A DNA stretch of 64,000 nt from an uncultured Thermoplasmatales archaeon (lineage in GTDB: Archaea > Thermoplasmatota > E2 > DHVEG-1), in contig CAZGOD010000002.1 of the NCBI GenBank assembly GCA_964527715.1, positions 1,736 to 65,735 of the forward strand. Direction: 5' to 3'. Of the stretch, positions 1 through 8,868 are shown piece after piece. The notes beneath the pieces are model-generated. The model worked only from the letters and a program-made list of their open reading frames with translations, was not told the DNA's origin and did no database searches. A program made the translations under genes and the position numbers. The first letter of the stretch is position 1, and each line of letters opens with the position of its first letter.

Positions 1-175
1 CTATTTGAAATGATATCCCTCTGATTTGATTTTTTTACCATACTTTACACAACTAAAATATATGAATTGATAAAAAATTACTTGTTGCTTCAGCAGATAG
101 CTGCATACAAACAAGAAATAGACGTTTTAAATGCAGTGTTTCTCCTGTAAAATCCTTCTAACCCACCAGGTCCGT

Positions 176-868
176 CTAAAAAGTTATCGGACCAAACCAT
201 TTACCAAAAATAAGAATAGCAAGAGAACTAACAGTTATCAAAACATTATCATCAAAAGGCCCAATCTCAAACTTTTCAACAATAGACGCAGCAACAGCAG
301 CAAGAACACCCCACAAAGCAATACCCTCAATACTACCAAAATAATAACCAATAGGAATACACACACAAGCCATATACAAATTACCAATAGGATGCTTCAC
401 CCGCTCCTTAAAAGCAACATTACGAACAATACCAGTAATACCATCACCAAACGCCATAAAAGCAGGAGGAATAATAGCAATCCAAGGACTACCGGTAACC
501 CACCAAAGAACAAAAACAGCCACAGCCCACATAAAACAAAAACTCACATCATTAACATCATCACGAGTCTGAAACCAAAAAAGAATACGACCAGTACGAT
601 GAAGAACATACATAAAAACAGTCAAAACCAAACCAGAAAACAACGGATACCAAGGACTAGAAAAAACATGAGGAACAACAAGAACAATAACACCACCAGC
701 AAAAATATGAACAAACTTACGATTATAATACACCGCAGAACTCTTCTTAACACCACGACTCAACATCAAATCATAAATCTTCCTAGTAAAAAACAACAGA
801 ATAAAAATAGCATAAAATGCTAAAACAAAAACCCAGAATACCTCATTACTAAGAATCTCACTAAACAT
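176..868 (-). CDS. Dolichol/phytol kinase-like integral membrane protein (CTP-dependent polyprenol kinase family)
   Basis: Multi-TM protein with family motifs YYNRKFVHIFAGG, AFGDGITGIV and GPFDDNVLI. Confidence 0.7.
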   Translation of the reverse strand: MFSEILSNEVFWVFVLAFYAIFILLFFTRKIYDLMLSRGVKKSSAVYYNRKFVHIFAGGVIVLVVPHVFSSPWYPLFSGLVLTVFMYVLHRTGRILFWFQTRDDVNDVSFCFMWAVAVFVLWWVTGSPWIAIIPPAFMAFGDGITGIVRNVAFKERVKHPIGNLYMACVCIPIGYYFGSIEGIALWGVLAAVAASIVEKFEIGPFDDNVLITVSSLAILIFGKWFGPITF

Positions 869-933
869 TGCCCCCCGTTATCCATTCATCTTATATAAAA
901 CTAATACAGAAAAACTATCTAACTAATAGAAAC

Positions 934-942
934 TTATATAAA
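934..942 (+). promoter_or_regulatory. Putative archaeal TATA box for cspA
   Basis: TTATATAAA about 55 nt upstream of the cspA ATG; SD-like GGAGGA at 985-990. Confidence 0.4.
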
Positions 943-995
943 ACAGAGGATAATGCAGATAGTTGGAAAAACTCCAGAGCAACAGGAGGAAAAAA

Positions 996-1187
996 ATGAA
1001 CGGAAAAGTAAAATGGTATAATGCAAGAAAAGGATATGGATTCATAGAAGGAGAAGACGGAAAAGACGTCTTCGTCCACAGAACATCCATACCCCAAGGA
1101 GTCTTCCTAAACGAGGGAGATAAAGTAGAATACGAAAAAGAAGAATCAGATAGAGGACCAAAGGCAGTAAATATCAAAAAGGTATAA
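996..1187 (+). CDS. cspA: Cold-shock domain protein
   Basis: [17 protein letters not shown] (RNP1) and DVFVH (RNP2), RGPKAVNI; true start ATG 996 behind GGAGGA rather than 963. Confidence 0.95.
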   Translation: MNGKVKWYNARKGYGFIEGEDGKDVFVHRTSIPQGVFLNEGDKVEYEKEESDRGPKAVNIKKV

Positions 1188-1331
1188 AAAAACAATAATT
1201 TAATTTCATCAACTGCTTTTCACATCTTTTATTGGAGCATCTCACCCCATCTCTTTTATTTCAAAAAAAAATTAAAATATTTTATAGAATAATTTTTAAA
1301 ACAGCAACAGTTAACAGTTAACTGTGATGGG

Positions 1332-1526
1332 ATGACAGAACTAATCATAGAGTTAATAAGCATACTATTTTTCATAACAACACTAACATATATTATTATC
1401 CCGAGAATAAAAAAAGAAATGAAACAATTCACCTGGAACCAATATTTCAAAAAATGTGGAATCTACCAGGGCAGATCACACTGGAATGACCTATACGACT
1501 TTATAACTGAGAGAAAAAATACTTAA
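1332..1526 (+). CDS. Small hypothetical protein with N-terminal TM helix
   Basis: 64 aa ORF, hydrophobic N-terminus, same strand as the downstream operon. Confidence 0.45.
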   Translation: MTELIIELISILFFITTLTYIIIPRIKKEMKQFTWNQYFKKCGIYQGRSHWNDLYDFITERKNT

Positions 1527-1564
1527 ACAAAACAAATATAAGCTCGCTCAGGGAGAACGTTTCC

Positions 1565-2506
1565 ATGAAAGCCTTTGTAACTGGAGGAGCAGGTTTTATA
1601 GGAAGTCATCTAGTAGACAAACTAATAGAAAAAGGAAACCAAGTAACAGTATACGACAACTTGAGTTCCGGAAAAAAAGAATTCATAAAACAACACCTAG
1701 AAAACAAAAACTTTGAGTTCATCAAAGCAGACCTATTAGACCTAGAAAGAGTTAAAAAAGAAATAAAAAACCATGACATCGTATTCCACATAGCAGCAAA
1801 CCCTCATGTGCGCCTCGGAGAAACACAAACGGACCTCGACCTAAAATATGAAACAATCGCAACATACAACATCCTAGAAGCAATGAGAAACAACAACATC
1901 AAAAAAATTGTTTTCTCCTCAAGTAGCGTCATCTACGGAGAAACAAATGAACCATCTCTACCAGAAAACTACGGCCCATTACTACCAATATCACTCTATG
2001 GCGCAGGGAAACTAGGATCAGAGGGATTAATAACCGCATTCTGCGGAACATTTGACTTCCAAACATGGATATACCGATTTGCAAACGTCGTAGGAACCAG
2101 GGGGACACATGGCGTAATCGTAGATTTCATTGAAAAACTCAGAAAAAACCCTACAGAGCTAGAAATACTGGGAGATGGAAAACAACAAAAACCCTACCTG
2201 CATGTAAGCGACTGCGTAAAGGGTATAATTTTTGGTTTTGAAAAATCAAAAAATCAAATCAACCTTTTTAACCTAGGATGTAACTCAAATACAACAGTTA
2301 CAAGAATCGCAGAAATAGTAACTGAAGAAATGAACCTAAAAAACGTAAAATTCAACTACACCGGTGGCAAAAGAGGATGGAAAGGCGACATACCACGCTT
2401 CCAACTAGATATAACTAAAATCAACAGTTTAGGATGGAAACCAACATATACATCTGATGAAGCAGTAAGAAAAGCAACACAAGAAGCTTTAGAAGCCAAC
2501 CTTTAA
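1565..2506 (+). CDS. NAD-dependent sugar epimerase/dehydratase (GalE-like extended SDR)
   Basis: TGGAGFIG, SSS, YGAGK (YxxxK) motifs. Confidence 0.9.
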   Translation: MKAFVTGGAGFIGSHLVDKLIEKGNQVTVYDNLSSGKKEFIKQHLENKNFEFIKADLLDLERVKKEIKNHDIVFHIAANPHVRLGETQTDLDLKYETIATYNILEAMRNNNIKKIVFSSSSVIYGETNEPSLPENYGPLLPISLYGAGKLGSEGLITAFCGTFDFQTWIYRFANVVGTRGTHGVIVDFIEKLRKNPTELEILGDGKQQKPYLHVSDCVKGIIFGFEKSKNQINLFNLGCNSNTTVTRIAEIVTEEMNLKNVKFNYTGGKRGWKGDIPRFQLDITKINSLGWKPTYTSDEAVRKATQEALEANL

Positions 2507-2531
2507 AAGAAGTTTTTAAATACTAATTCCG

Positions 2532-3797
2532 ATGAACATCTCTATAATCGGAACAGGTTACGTAGGCCTAGTAACAGGTACATGTTTTGCAAAACTTGGT
2601 AATAACATAATTTGTGTAGATGTTGACGACGAAAAAATCGAGAAAATCAACAACGGAACCACCCCTATTTATGAAGAAGGACTAGATGAGCTTTTAACAA
2701 AATATAAAAACAAAATCAAAGCAACAAACAATTATAAAACAGCTATACAAAACACAGATATCACATTTATATGCGTTGGAACACCCTCAGACAAGGATGG
2801 AGACATGGACCTCAGCTTTATCGAAAAAGTTGCAACTGAAATAGGAAAACAACTAAAAGAAAAAAACAGTTGGCACCTAATCGTAGTAAAAAGCACCGTA
2901 CTACCTGGAACAACACAAAACTTTGTTTTACCAATACTCGAAAAAAACTCAGAGAAAAAAGCTGGAAAAGATTTTGGAATAGCTATGAACCCCGAGTTTC
3001 TGAGAGAAGGAATCGCAGTTAAAGACTTCCTACAACCAGACAGAATCGTAATAGGAACCTACGATGAAAAAAGCAGAGAAAAACTCAGCGAGCTTTACAA
3101 AGAATTCACCTGCCCGATAATCAAAACATCTCTCTCCGCAGCTGAAATGATCAAATACGCGAGCAACACATTCCTAGCAACAAAAATCTCATTCATAAAC
3201 GAAATTGGAAACATGTGCAAAAAACTAGAAATAGACACCTACGAAGTATCAGAAGGCATGGGATTAGACAAACGAATAGGTAGGCCTTTCCTTGATTCTG
3301 GGATAGGATGGGGTGGATCCTGCTTCCCAAAAGACACCGAGGCATTAGTCACATGGGCAAAAAAAGAAAAACAAACCACAAAAATAATTGAAAGCACCAT
3401 CAATGTTAACAACCTACAACCACTAAAACTCGTTGAACTATTAAAAAAACACATACCAAATCTAAAAGACAAAAAAATAGGCATACTAGGCCTCGCATTC
3501 AAACCAAACACAGACGACATAAGATACAGCAGAGCAATACCAATAATCAAAGAACTAATACAAAACGGTGCACATATAAAAGCATATGACCCCAAAGCAA
3601 TAAAAAACTTCAAAAAAATATTTCCAGAAATAGAATACTGCACATCAGCAACAGAAACACTGGAATCCGACGCAGTACTCATCACAACAAAATGGGAAGA
3701 ATTCAAAAAACTTGATTTTAAAGAAAAAATTGTTATAGACGGGAGACGATTAAAAGAAGCTGAAAACGCTAAAATATACGAAGGAGTGTGCTGGTAA
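2532..3797 (+). CDS. ugd: UDP-glucose 6-dehydrogenase (UDP-glucose/GDP-mannose dehydrogenase family)
   Basis: GTGYVG, ICVGTP, KSTVLPGT, NPEFLREG, GWGGSCFPKD, GLAFKPNTDDIR. Confidence 0.9.
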   Translation: MNISIIGTGYVGLVTGTCFAKLGNNIICVDVDDEKIEKINNGTTPIYEEGLDELLTKYKNKIKATNNYKTAIQNTDITFICVGTPSDKDGDMDLSFIEKVATEIGKQLKEKNSWHLIVVKSTVLPGTTQNFVLPILEKNSEKKAGKDFGIAMNPEFLREGIAVKDFLQPDRIVIGTYDEKSREKLSELYKEFTCPIIKTSLSAAEMIKYASNTFLATKISFINEIGNMCKKLEIDTYEVSEGMGLDKRIGRPFLDSGIGWGGSCFPKDTEALVTWAKKEKQTTKIIESTINVNNLQPLKLVELLKKHIPNLKDKKIGILGLAFKPNTDDIRYSRAIPIIKELIQNGAHIKAYDPKAIKNFKKIFPEIEYCTSATETLESDAVLITTKWEEFKKLDFKEKIVIDGRRLKEAENAKIYEGVCW

Positions 3798-3800
3798 AAA

Positions 3801-4526
3801 ATGAAAGGACTTATACCCGCAGCTGGACGAGGAACCCGGCTAGAACCCATAACACTAGCCATACCAAAAGAACTACTAATGGTAGGAGACAAAGCAATAA
3901 TCGAATACGTCATAGACGCAATGAAACAAGTAGGAATCACCGAGATCACAATCGTAGTAGGCTGGAGAAAACACGCCATTTTAGACTACCTTGGATCTGG
4001 CGAAAGACTTGGAGTAACATTAACATACGTAGTACAAGAAAAACAAAACGGACTAGCAAAAGCAGTCTACGCAGGAAAACATGCTAACAAAGATGAAACA
4101 TTCCTCGTGGTACTAGGCGATGACTTCTTCCATCCAAAAACATTCCTAAAAGATATAATCTCATTTCACAACGAAAAAAACGCAGATGCAACCATAGGCG
4201 TAGCACAAGTAGAGGACTCATCAAGACATGGAATGATAAAACCAGGAAAAAACAACATAATCGAAGGCATAGTTGAAAAACCAAAACCACAAGATAGCCC
4301 CAGCAATCTTGGATGCATAGGAGTCTACGTTTTTAAACCAGTTATTTTTAATGCCATTGAAAAAACAAAACCAGGAGTTAATAACGAGTATCAACTCACA
4401 GACGCCATAAAAATACTAACACAAGAGGATTACAAAGTTTTCTTTAAAGAAATCGAAGGTAAACACATTGACGTTGGTACACTTGATGATTTAAAAAAGG
4501 CAAACAAGTTTTTCTTAAACCATTAA
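3801..4526 (+). CDS. Sugar-1-phosphate nucleotidyltransferase (GalU/RfbA/AglF-like)
   Basis: IPAAGRGTRLEPIT..PKELL, VEKP, YQLTDAI, DVGT. Confidence 0.9.
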   Translation: MKGLIPAAGRGTRLEPITLAIPKELLMVGDKAIIEYVIDAMKQVGITEITIVVGWRKHAILDYLGSGERLGVTLTYVVQEKQNGLAKAVYAGKHANKDETFLVVLGDDFFHPKTFLKDIISFHNEKNADATIGVAQVEDSSRHGMIKPGKNNIIEGIVEKPKPQDSPSNLGCIGVYVFKPVIFNAIEKTKPGVNNEYQLTDAIKILTQEDYKVFFKEIEGKHIDVGTLDDLKKANKFFLNH

Positions 4527-4544
4527 AAAAAATTGTGATATAAA

Positions 4545-5555
4545 ATGGAATTCTCTATTATCATAGCTGTTAGAAATGAAATAAACTACATAAAAAAATG
4601 TATAAAATCAGTGTTCAACCAGGATTATAAAGGCAAATATGAAGTCATAGTAGTAGACGGAATGAGCGACGATGGAACATACGAAATCCTGCAGGATTTA
4701 AAGAAAAAACATAACTTCCAACTACTTAGAAACCCTACATTAAATGCAGCTGCTGGGAGAAACACAGGCATCAAAGAATCCAAAGGAAAACATATCGCTT
4801 TCATAGATGGGGATGCCGTAGCAGCTAAAAACTGGCTTAGCCAAATCAAAACCTCCTTTGAAAAATATAAAGTAGCAGGTGTAGGAGGACCAGATCATTT
4901 ACCAGAGGACAGCAGTGAAAAATCTCGCATGATCGGATATGTTATGACATCACCCCTCACACGAGGCGGTAAATTAAACCCATCCACCCAACATAGCCTA
5001 ATGGAAAAAGAAAAATTTGTTGACCATATACCAACCTGTAACCTATGCCTAAAAAGAGAAGTTTTTGATAAAATTGGCTTATTCGATGAAAAATTTGTAA
5101 AAGGACAAGACCTAGAATTAAACTACAGAGTTAGAAAAGCAGGATATAAAATACTCTATTCACCCAAAATAGAGGTTGTACATTACAGAAAACAACACAT
5201 AAGAGACTTTGCTAGACAAATATTTAAATGGGCAAAAGCAAAAATCGCTATAATAAAAAAACATGGAATGCACGGATTAATAAGCCATATCTATCTATGG
5301 CCCGCTTATTTTTCACTAGCTTTCTCCATATCTCTAATGCTATTCTATTTACTCAATATAATTTACATTTTCATAATTTTGTTGTTTTTAGGAGTTATAT
5401 TCTATAGCTCAGTTTTAATGTTCGAAGCAGCACAACTGTCAAAGAAATATAAAAATAAGAAACTATTTTTGTACGCAGCAGCTCTATTTCCCATAGTACA
5501 TATCTCATACTCATATGGCGTATTCTCTGCATTAATTAAAAGAAAAATATGGTGA
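4545..5555 (+). CDS. Glycosyltransferase family 2 with C-terminal TM helices
   Basis: VVDGMSDDGT, AFIDGD (DxD), GQDLELNYR, hydrophobic C-terminus. Confidence 0.9.
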   Translation: MEFSIIIAVRNEINYIKKCIKSVFNQDYKGKYEVIVVDGMSDDGTYEILQDLKKKHNFQLLRNPTLNAAAGRNTGIKESKGKHIAFIDGDAVAAKNWLSQIKTSFEKYKVAGVGGPDHLPEDSSEKSRMIGYVMTSPLTRGGKLNPSTQHSLMEKEKFVDHIPTCNLCLKREVFDKIGLFDEKFVKGQDLELNYRVRKAGYKILYSPKIEVVHYRKQHIRDFARQIFKWAKAKIAIIKKHGMHGLISHIYLWPAYFSLAFSISLMLFYLLNIIYIFIILLFLGVIFYSSVLMFEAAQLSKKYKNKKLFLYAAALFPIVHISYSYGVFSALIKRKIW

Positions 5556-5559
5556 AACC

Positions 5560-6678
5560 ATGAAAATACTAATGATTCTCTCAAACTCATTCATGGTTGA
5601 CCCCCGAGTCCATAAAGAAGCAAAAACCCTAGTTGAAAACGGCCATGAAATAACAGTCATAGTCTGGGATAGACGAAGAGAATACAAAACCGAAGACACA
5701 GTAGACAACATCAGATTAATCAGAATTCATAACAAAGGCTTATTAAAAATATTACAAAAAGACCTATTTCGCAATCCACTATGGTGGCGGAAAGCATACA
5801 AAAAAGGATTAGAAATCTACAAAAAAGATTTCAAATTTGACATAGTTCATTGCCACGACCTAGATACACTACAATCAGGAGTATGGCTCAAAGAAAAACT
5901 TGGAACTAAACTAGTATACGACGCCCATGAACTATGGGGACATCTCATAGAAAAAAACGTCCCAAAATTTGTCGTAAAAAAAGCATTCTCCATGGAAAAA
6001 AAACTAGTAAAAAAAACAGACCATATCATCACCGTCAGCACCCCATTCATGGAATACTTCAAAACAATAACTAATAAACCTATAACTCTCGTAATGAACT
6101 GCAAAGATCTAATCTATCCAAAATATGAACCACCAAAAGAAAAAAAATTCACTCTTTTATACATAGGCGGAATGAAAAAACAAAGGTTTTTCCCAGAGAT
6201 AATTGACATAATGGGAAAACTACAAAACGTACAACTAATTCTCGCAGGTAAAACCGAGGACCTATATCACGAAATGAAAAACTACAGCAAGAAATATAAC
6301 AATATAAAGTTCCTTGGTACAATACCAACAGAAGAAATCCTACCGCTAACCAGATCCGCACATGCAAATTTCATCATAGTAAATCCCACGAGTAAACACT
6401 ACCAAAAAACATTATTCAACAAACAATTTGAAGCAATGGTATGCGGAAGACCAATAATCGCAACAAAGGGAACATTTGCTGGAGAAATGACTGAAAAATT
6501 AAAATGCGGAATAAACGTGGAATACAATGAAGAATCAGTCAAAAAAACTATAATACAACTCAGAGATAACCCCTCGCTATCTGAAGAACTTGGAAAAAAC
6601 GCTTTAAAAGCGGCGAAAGATAAATACAATTGGGAGAAAGAAAAGAAAAAATTATTGACTGTTTATAAGGAGATATAA
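5560..6678 (+). CDS. Glycosyltransferase family 4
   Basis: DPRVHKEA, HCHDLDTL, YDAHE, NKQFEAMVCGRPII. Confidence 0.9.
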   Translation: MKILMILSNSFMVDPRVHKEAKTLVENGHEITVIVWDRRREYKTEDTVDNIRLIRIHNKGLLKILQKDLFRNPLWWRKAYKKGLEIYKKDFKFDIVHCHDLDTLQSGVWLKEKLGTKLVYDAHELWGHLIEKNVPKFVVKKAFSMEKKLVKKTDHIITVSTPFMEYFKTITNKPITLVMNCKDLIYPKYEPPKEKKFTLLYIGGMKKQRFFPEIIDIMGKLQNVQLILAGKTEDLYHEMKNYSKKYNNIKFLGTIPTEEILPLTRSAHANFIIVNPTSKHYQKTLFNKQFEAMVCGRPIIATKGTFAGEMTEKLKCGINVEYNEESVKKTIIQLRDNPSLSEELGKNALKAAKDKYNWEKEKKKLLTVYKEI

Positions 6679-6679
6679 C

Positions 6680-7948
6680 ATGAAAATAGTCATATTCGGA
6701 CTTGGAAGAATCGGTCTACCAATCGCTCTAGTATGCGCAGATAGCGGATATAAAGTCGTTGGAATAGATATAAACAAAAAACTTATAGACTCCCTTAAAA
6801 ACAAAGAGTTACCTTTCTATGAACCAGGCATGAAGGAGTTACTCCTCAAACACATTAATAAAAACTTTTTTCCAAAACACCAAGAAAACAACATTGAACC
6901 AGATTTAAAAGAGGCTGAATACATTGTACTCGCTGTTGGAACCAGTTTCGCCAAATACCCAGATAAACCCAAACTAGACACACTCTACTCAATTATCAAT
7001 CAAATCATAAAAATAAATTTACAAGGAAAAACCATCATCCTAAGAGTCACACTACCAATAGGAACATCCGACGATATCAAAAAACTAATCGAGAAAAAAA
7101 CAGGCCTAAAAGAAGGAAAAGATTTCTGGTTCGCATTTGTGCCAGAACGTATAATGGAAGGAAAAGCCATACAAGAAGAAAAAAAACTACCAAAAATAAT
7201 AGGCACCTACAACAACAAAGCATACGAAAAAGTAAACAGTTTTTTCAAAAAAATCGGTGGCAACATAGTAAAAGTATCAAACCCTCGAACAGCTGAATTT
7301 ATTAAACTAATCGACAACTCATGGAGAAATACACGTTTCGCATTTGCTAACGAACTAGCATTCCTAGCCGAAAAAAACAATATAAACATCATAGAAGCAA
7401 TAGAATCAGCTAACGAAGGCTATGAACGAAATGAAATACCAATACCCGGACCAGTTAGCGGATACTGCCTAGGAAAAGACCCATATCTACTAGAACTCGC
7501 TTTTGAAAAAATCTCCAAAAAACGAGGATTCAACTCAGTATGGTACTACGGACGACGAGCAAATGACTGGCTAAATAAAAAAATAATAGAAGACGTAAAA
7601 GGAAAAAACATCCTAGTAGCAGGTCTAGCATTCAAACAAGACATAGATGATTTCCGATATAGCCACAGCATAGAAATAGTCCAAAAACTAGCTGAAAAAG
7701 GATACAACGTCTACGTCCACGACCCCTATCTCGACAACAACTATTACACCACTTTACCCACAGAAATAGAAAAAAAGGTTACAAAAACCAAAAATATCAG
7801 CGAAATCATCAAAAAAATAGACACATTAATTATCGCGACTAGACACAAAGAATACAAAAACCTCAATATAAAAGAACTAAACCCATCAGCAAAAATAATG
7901 GATCTTTGGAACATATACAGAAAAACAGCAAAAACAATAAAAAAATAA
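6680..7948 (+). CDS. Nucleotide-sugar 6-dehydrogenase (UDP-HexNAc dehydrogenase, WecC/WbpA-like)
   Basis: GLGRIG, PERIMEG, KLIDNSWR, GPVSGYCLGKDP (catalytic Cys), GLAFKQDIDDFRYS. Confidence 0.85.
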   Translation: MKIVIFGLGRIGLPIALVCADSGYKVVGIDINKKLIDSLKNKELPFYEPGMKELLLKHINKNFFPKHQENNIEPDLKEAEYIVLAVGTSFAKYPDKPKLDTLYSIINQIIKINLQGKTIILRVTLPIGTSDDIKKLIEKKTGLKEGKDFWFAFVPERIMEGKAIQEEKKLPKIIGTYNNKAYEKVNSFFKKIGGNIVKVSNPRTAEFIKLIDNSWRNTRFAFANELAFLAEKNNINIIEAIESANEGYERNEIPIPGPVSGYCLGKDPYLLELAFEKISKKRGFNSVWYYGRRANDWLNKKIIEDVKGKNILVAGLAFKQDIDDFRYSHSIEIVQKLAEKGYNVYVHDPYLDNNYYTTLPTEIEKKVTKTKNISEIIKKIDTLIIATRHKEYKNLNIKELNPSAKIMDLWNIYRKTAKTIKK

Positions 7949-7979
7949 GAAAAAAACTCATTCTTCATGGAGAACTAGA

Positions 7980-8828
7980 ATGAATATAAAAAATATAACA
8001 GAAGAGGAATGGAAATTTTTAATAATTTTAGATGCCTGCAGATACGACTATTTTAAAGAAAACTACAAAACATACTTCAAAAAAGGTACACTACACAAGA
8101 CTCAAAGCCGGGCAATAGAGACAATAGAATGGGCTCAAAAAAATTTCACAAAATACTATGATGACATAATTTACATTTCAACAACGCCTTTTATAAACTC
8201 CAAAAAAGAAATCAAAAAAAGAGGCATCATGTTCAACGGAAAAAAACATTTCCACAAAGTCATAGACTTATGGGACTGGGGATGGGATGATGAAATCAAA
8301 ACCGTAAGACCTGAAAAAGTAAACGAAACTTTTGAAAAAGAATCGAAAAAATGCCCTGAAAAAAAATTCATAATACACTACATGCAGCCTCATGCACCAT
8401 ACATCTCACTTGAAAAAACATACAAAAAATATGAAGAAGAAAACAAGTTTAAAAAAAGAAAAAAGAAAACTCCCAAAAGAGACAACACGGCCAAAAAAAA
8501 ACTATTATTTCTTACGATGAAAACCTTTGGGACCGAAACAATATGGCGTCTTAACAAAATATTCGGTTTCAGAGAAGTACTACCACCGCACATGGAGATG
8601 GCATGGAGAATTGTTGGAAAAAAAGGATTAAAAAAAGCATACCTTGACAACCTGCACATCGTTCTCAAAAATGCTCAAGCTCTCTGTGAAAAACTCGATG
8701 GAAAAACAATTATAACATCGGACCATGGAGAACTATTGGGGGAAAAAGGGCTATATGGTCATGGACCACCACTGCCAAGACATGAAAAACTATTAACAGT
8801 CCCCTGGTTTATTTTAAATAAAGATTGA
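7980..8828 (+). CDS. Alkaline-phosphatase-superfamily (sulfatase-like) protein
   Basis: ILDACRYD, HYMQPHAPY, TSDHGELLGE.G.YGH metal-ligand motifs; no C/S-x-P-x-R. Confidence 0.75.
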   Translation: MNIKNITEEEWKFLIILDACRYDYFKENYKTYFKKGTLHKTQSRAIETIEWAQKNFTKYYDDIIYISTTPFINSKKEIKKRGIMFNGKKHFHKVIDLWDWGWDDEIKTVRPEKVNETFEKESKKCPEKKFIIHYMQPHAPYISLEKTYKKYEEENKFKKRKKKTPKRDNTAKKKLLFLTMKTFGTETIWRLNKIFGFREVLPPHMEMAWRIVGKKGLKKAYLDNLHIVLKNAQALCEKLDGKTIITSDHGELLGEKGLYGHGPPLPRHEKLLTVPWFILNKD

Positions 8829-8868
8829 AAAATAATAAAAATCAAAACAATAAGTTTGAGGAAACAAG

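Noticed and set aside
131-823. 230-aa + strand ORF rich in K/N/T
   Set aside because: Antisense shadow of the membrane kinase gene, caused by local A/C skew that depletes stop codons; no motifs
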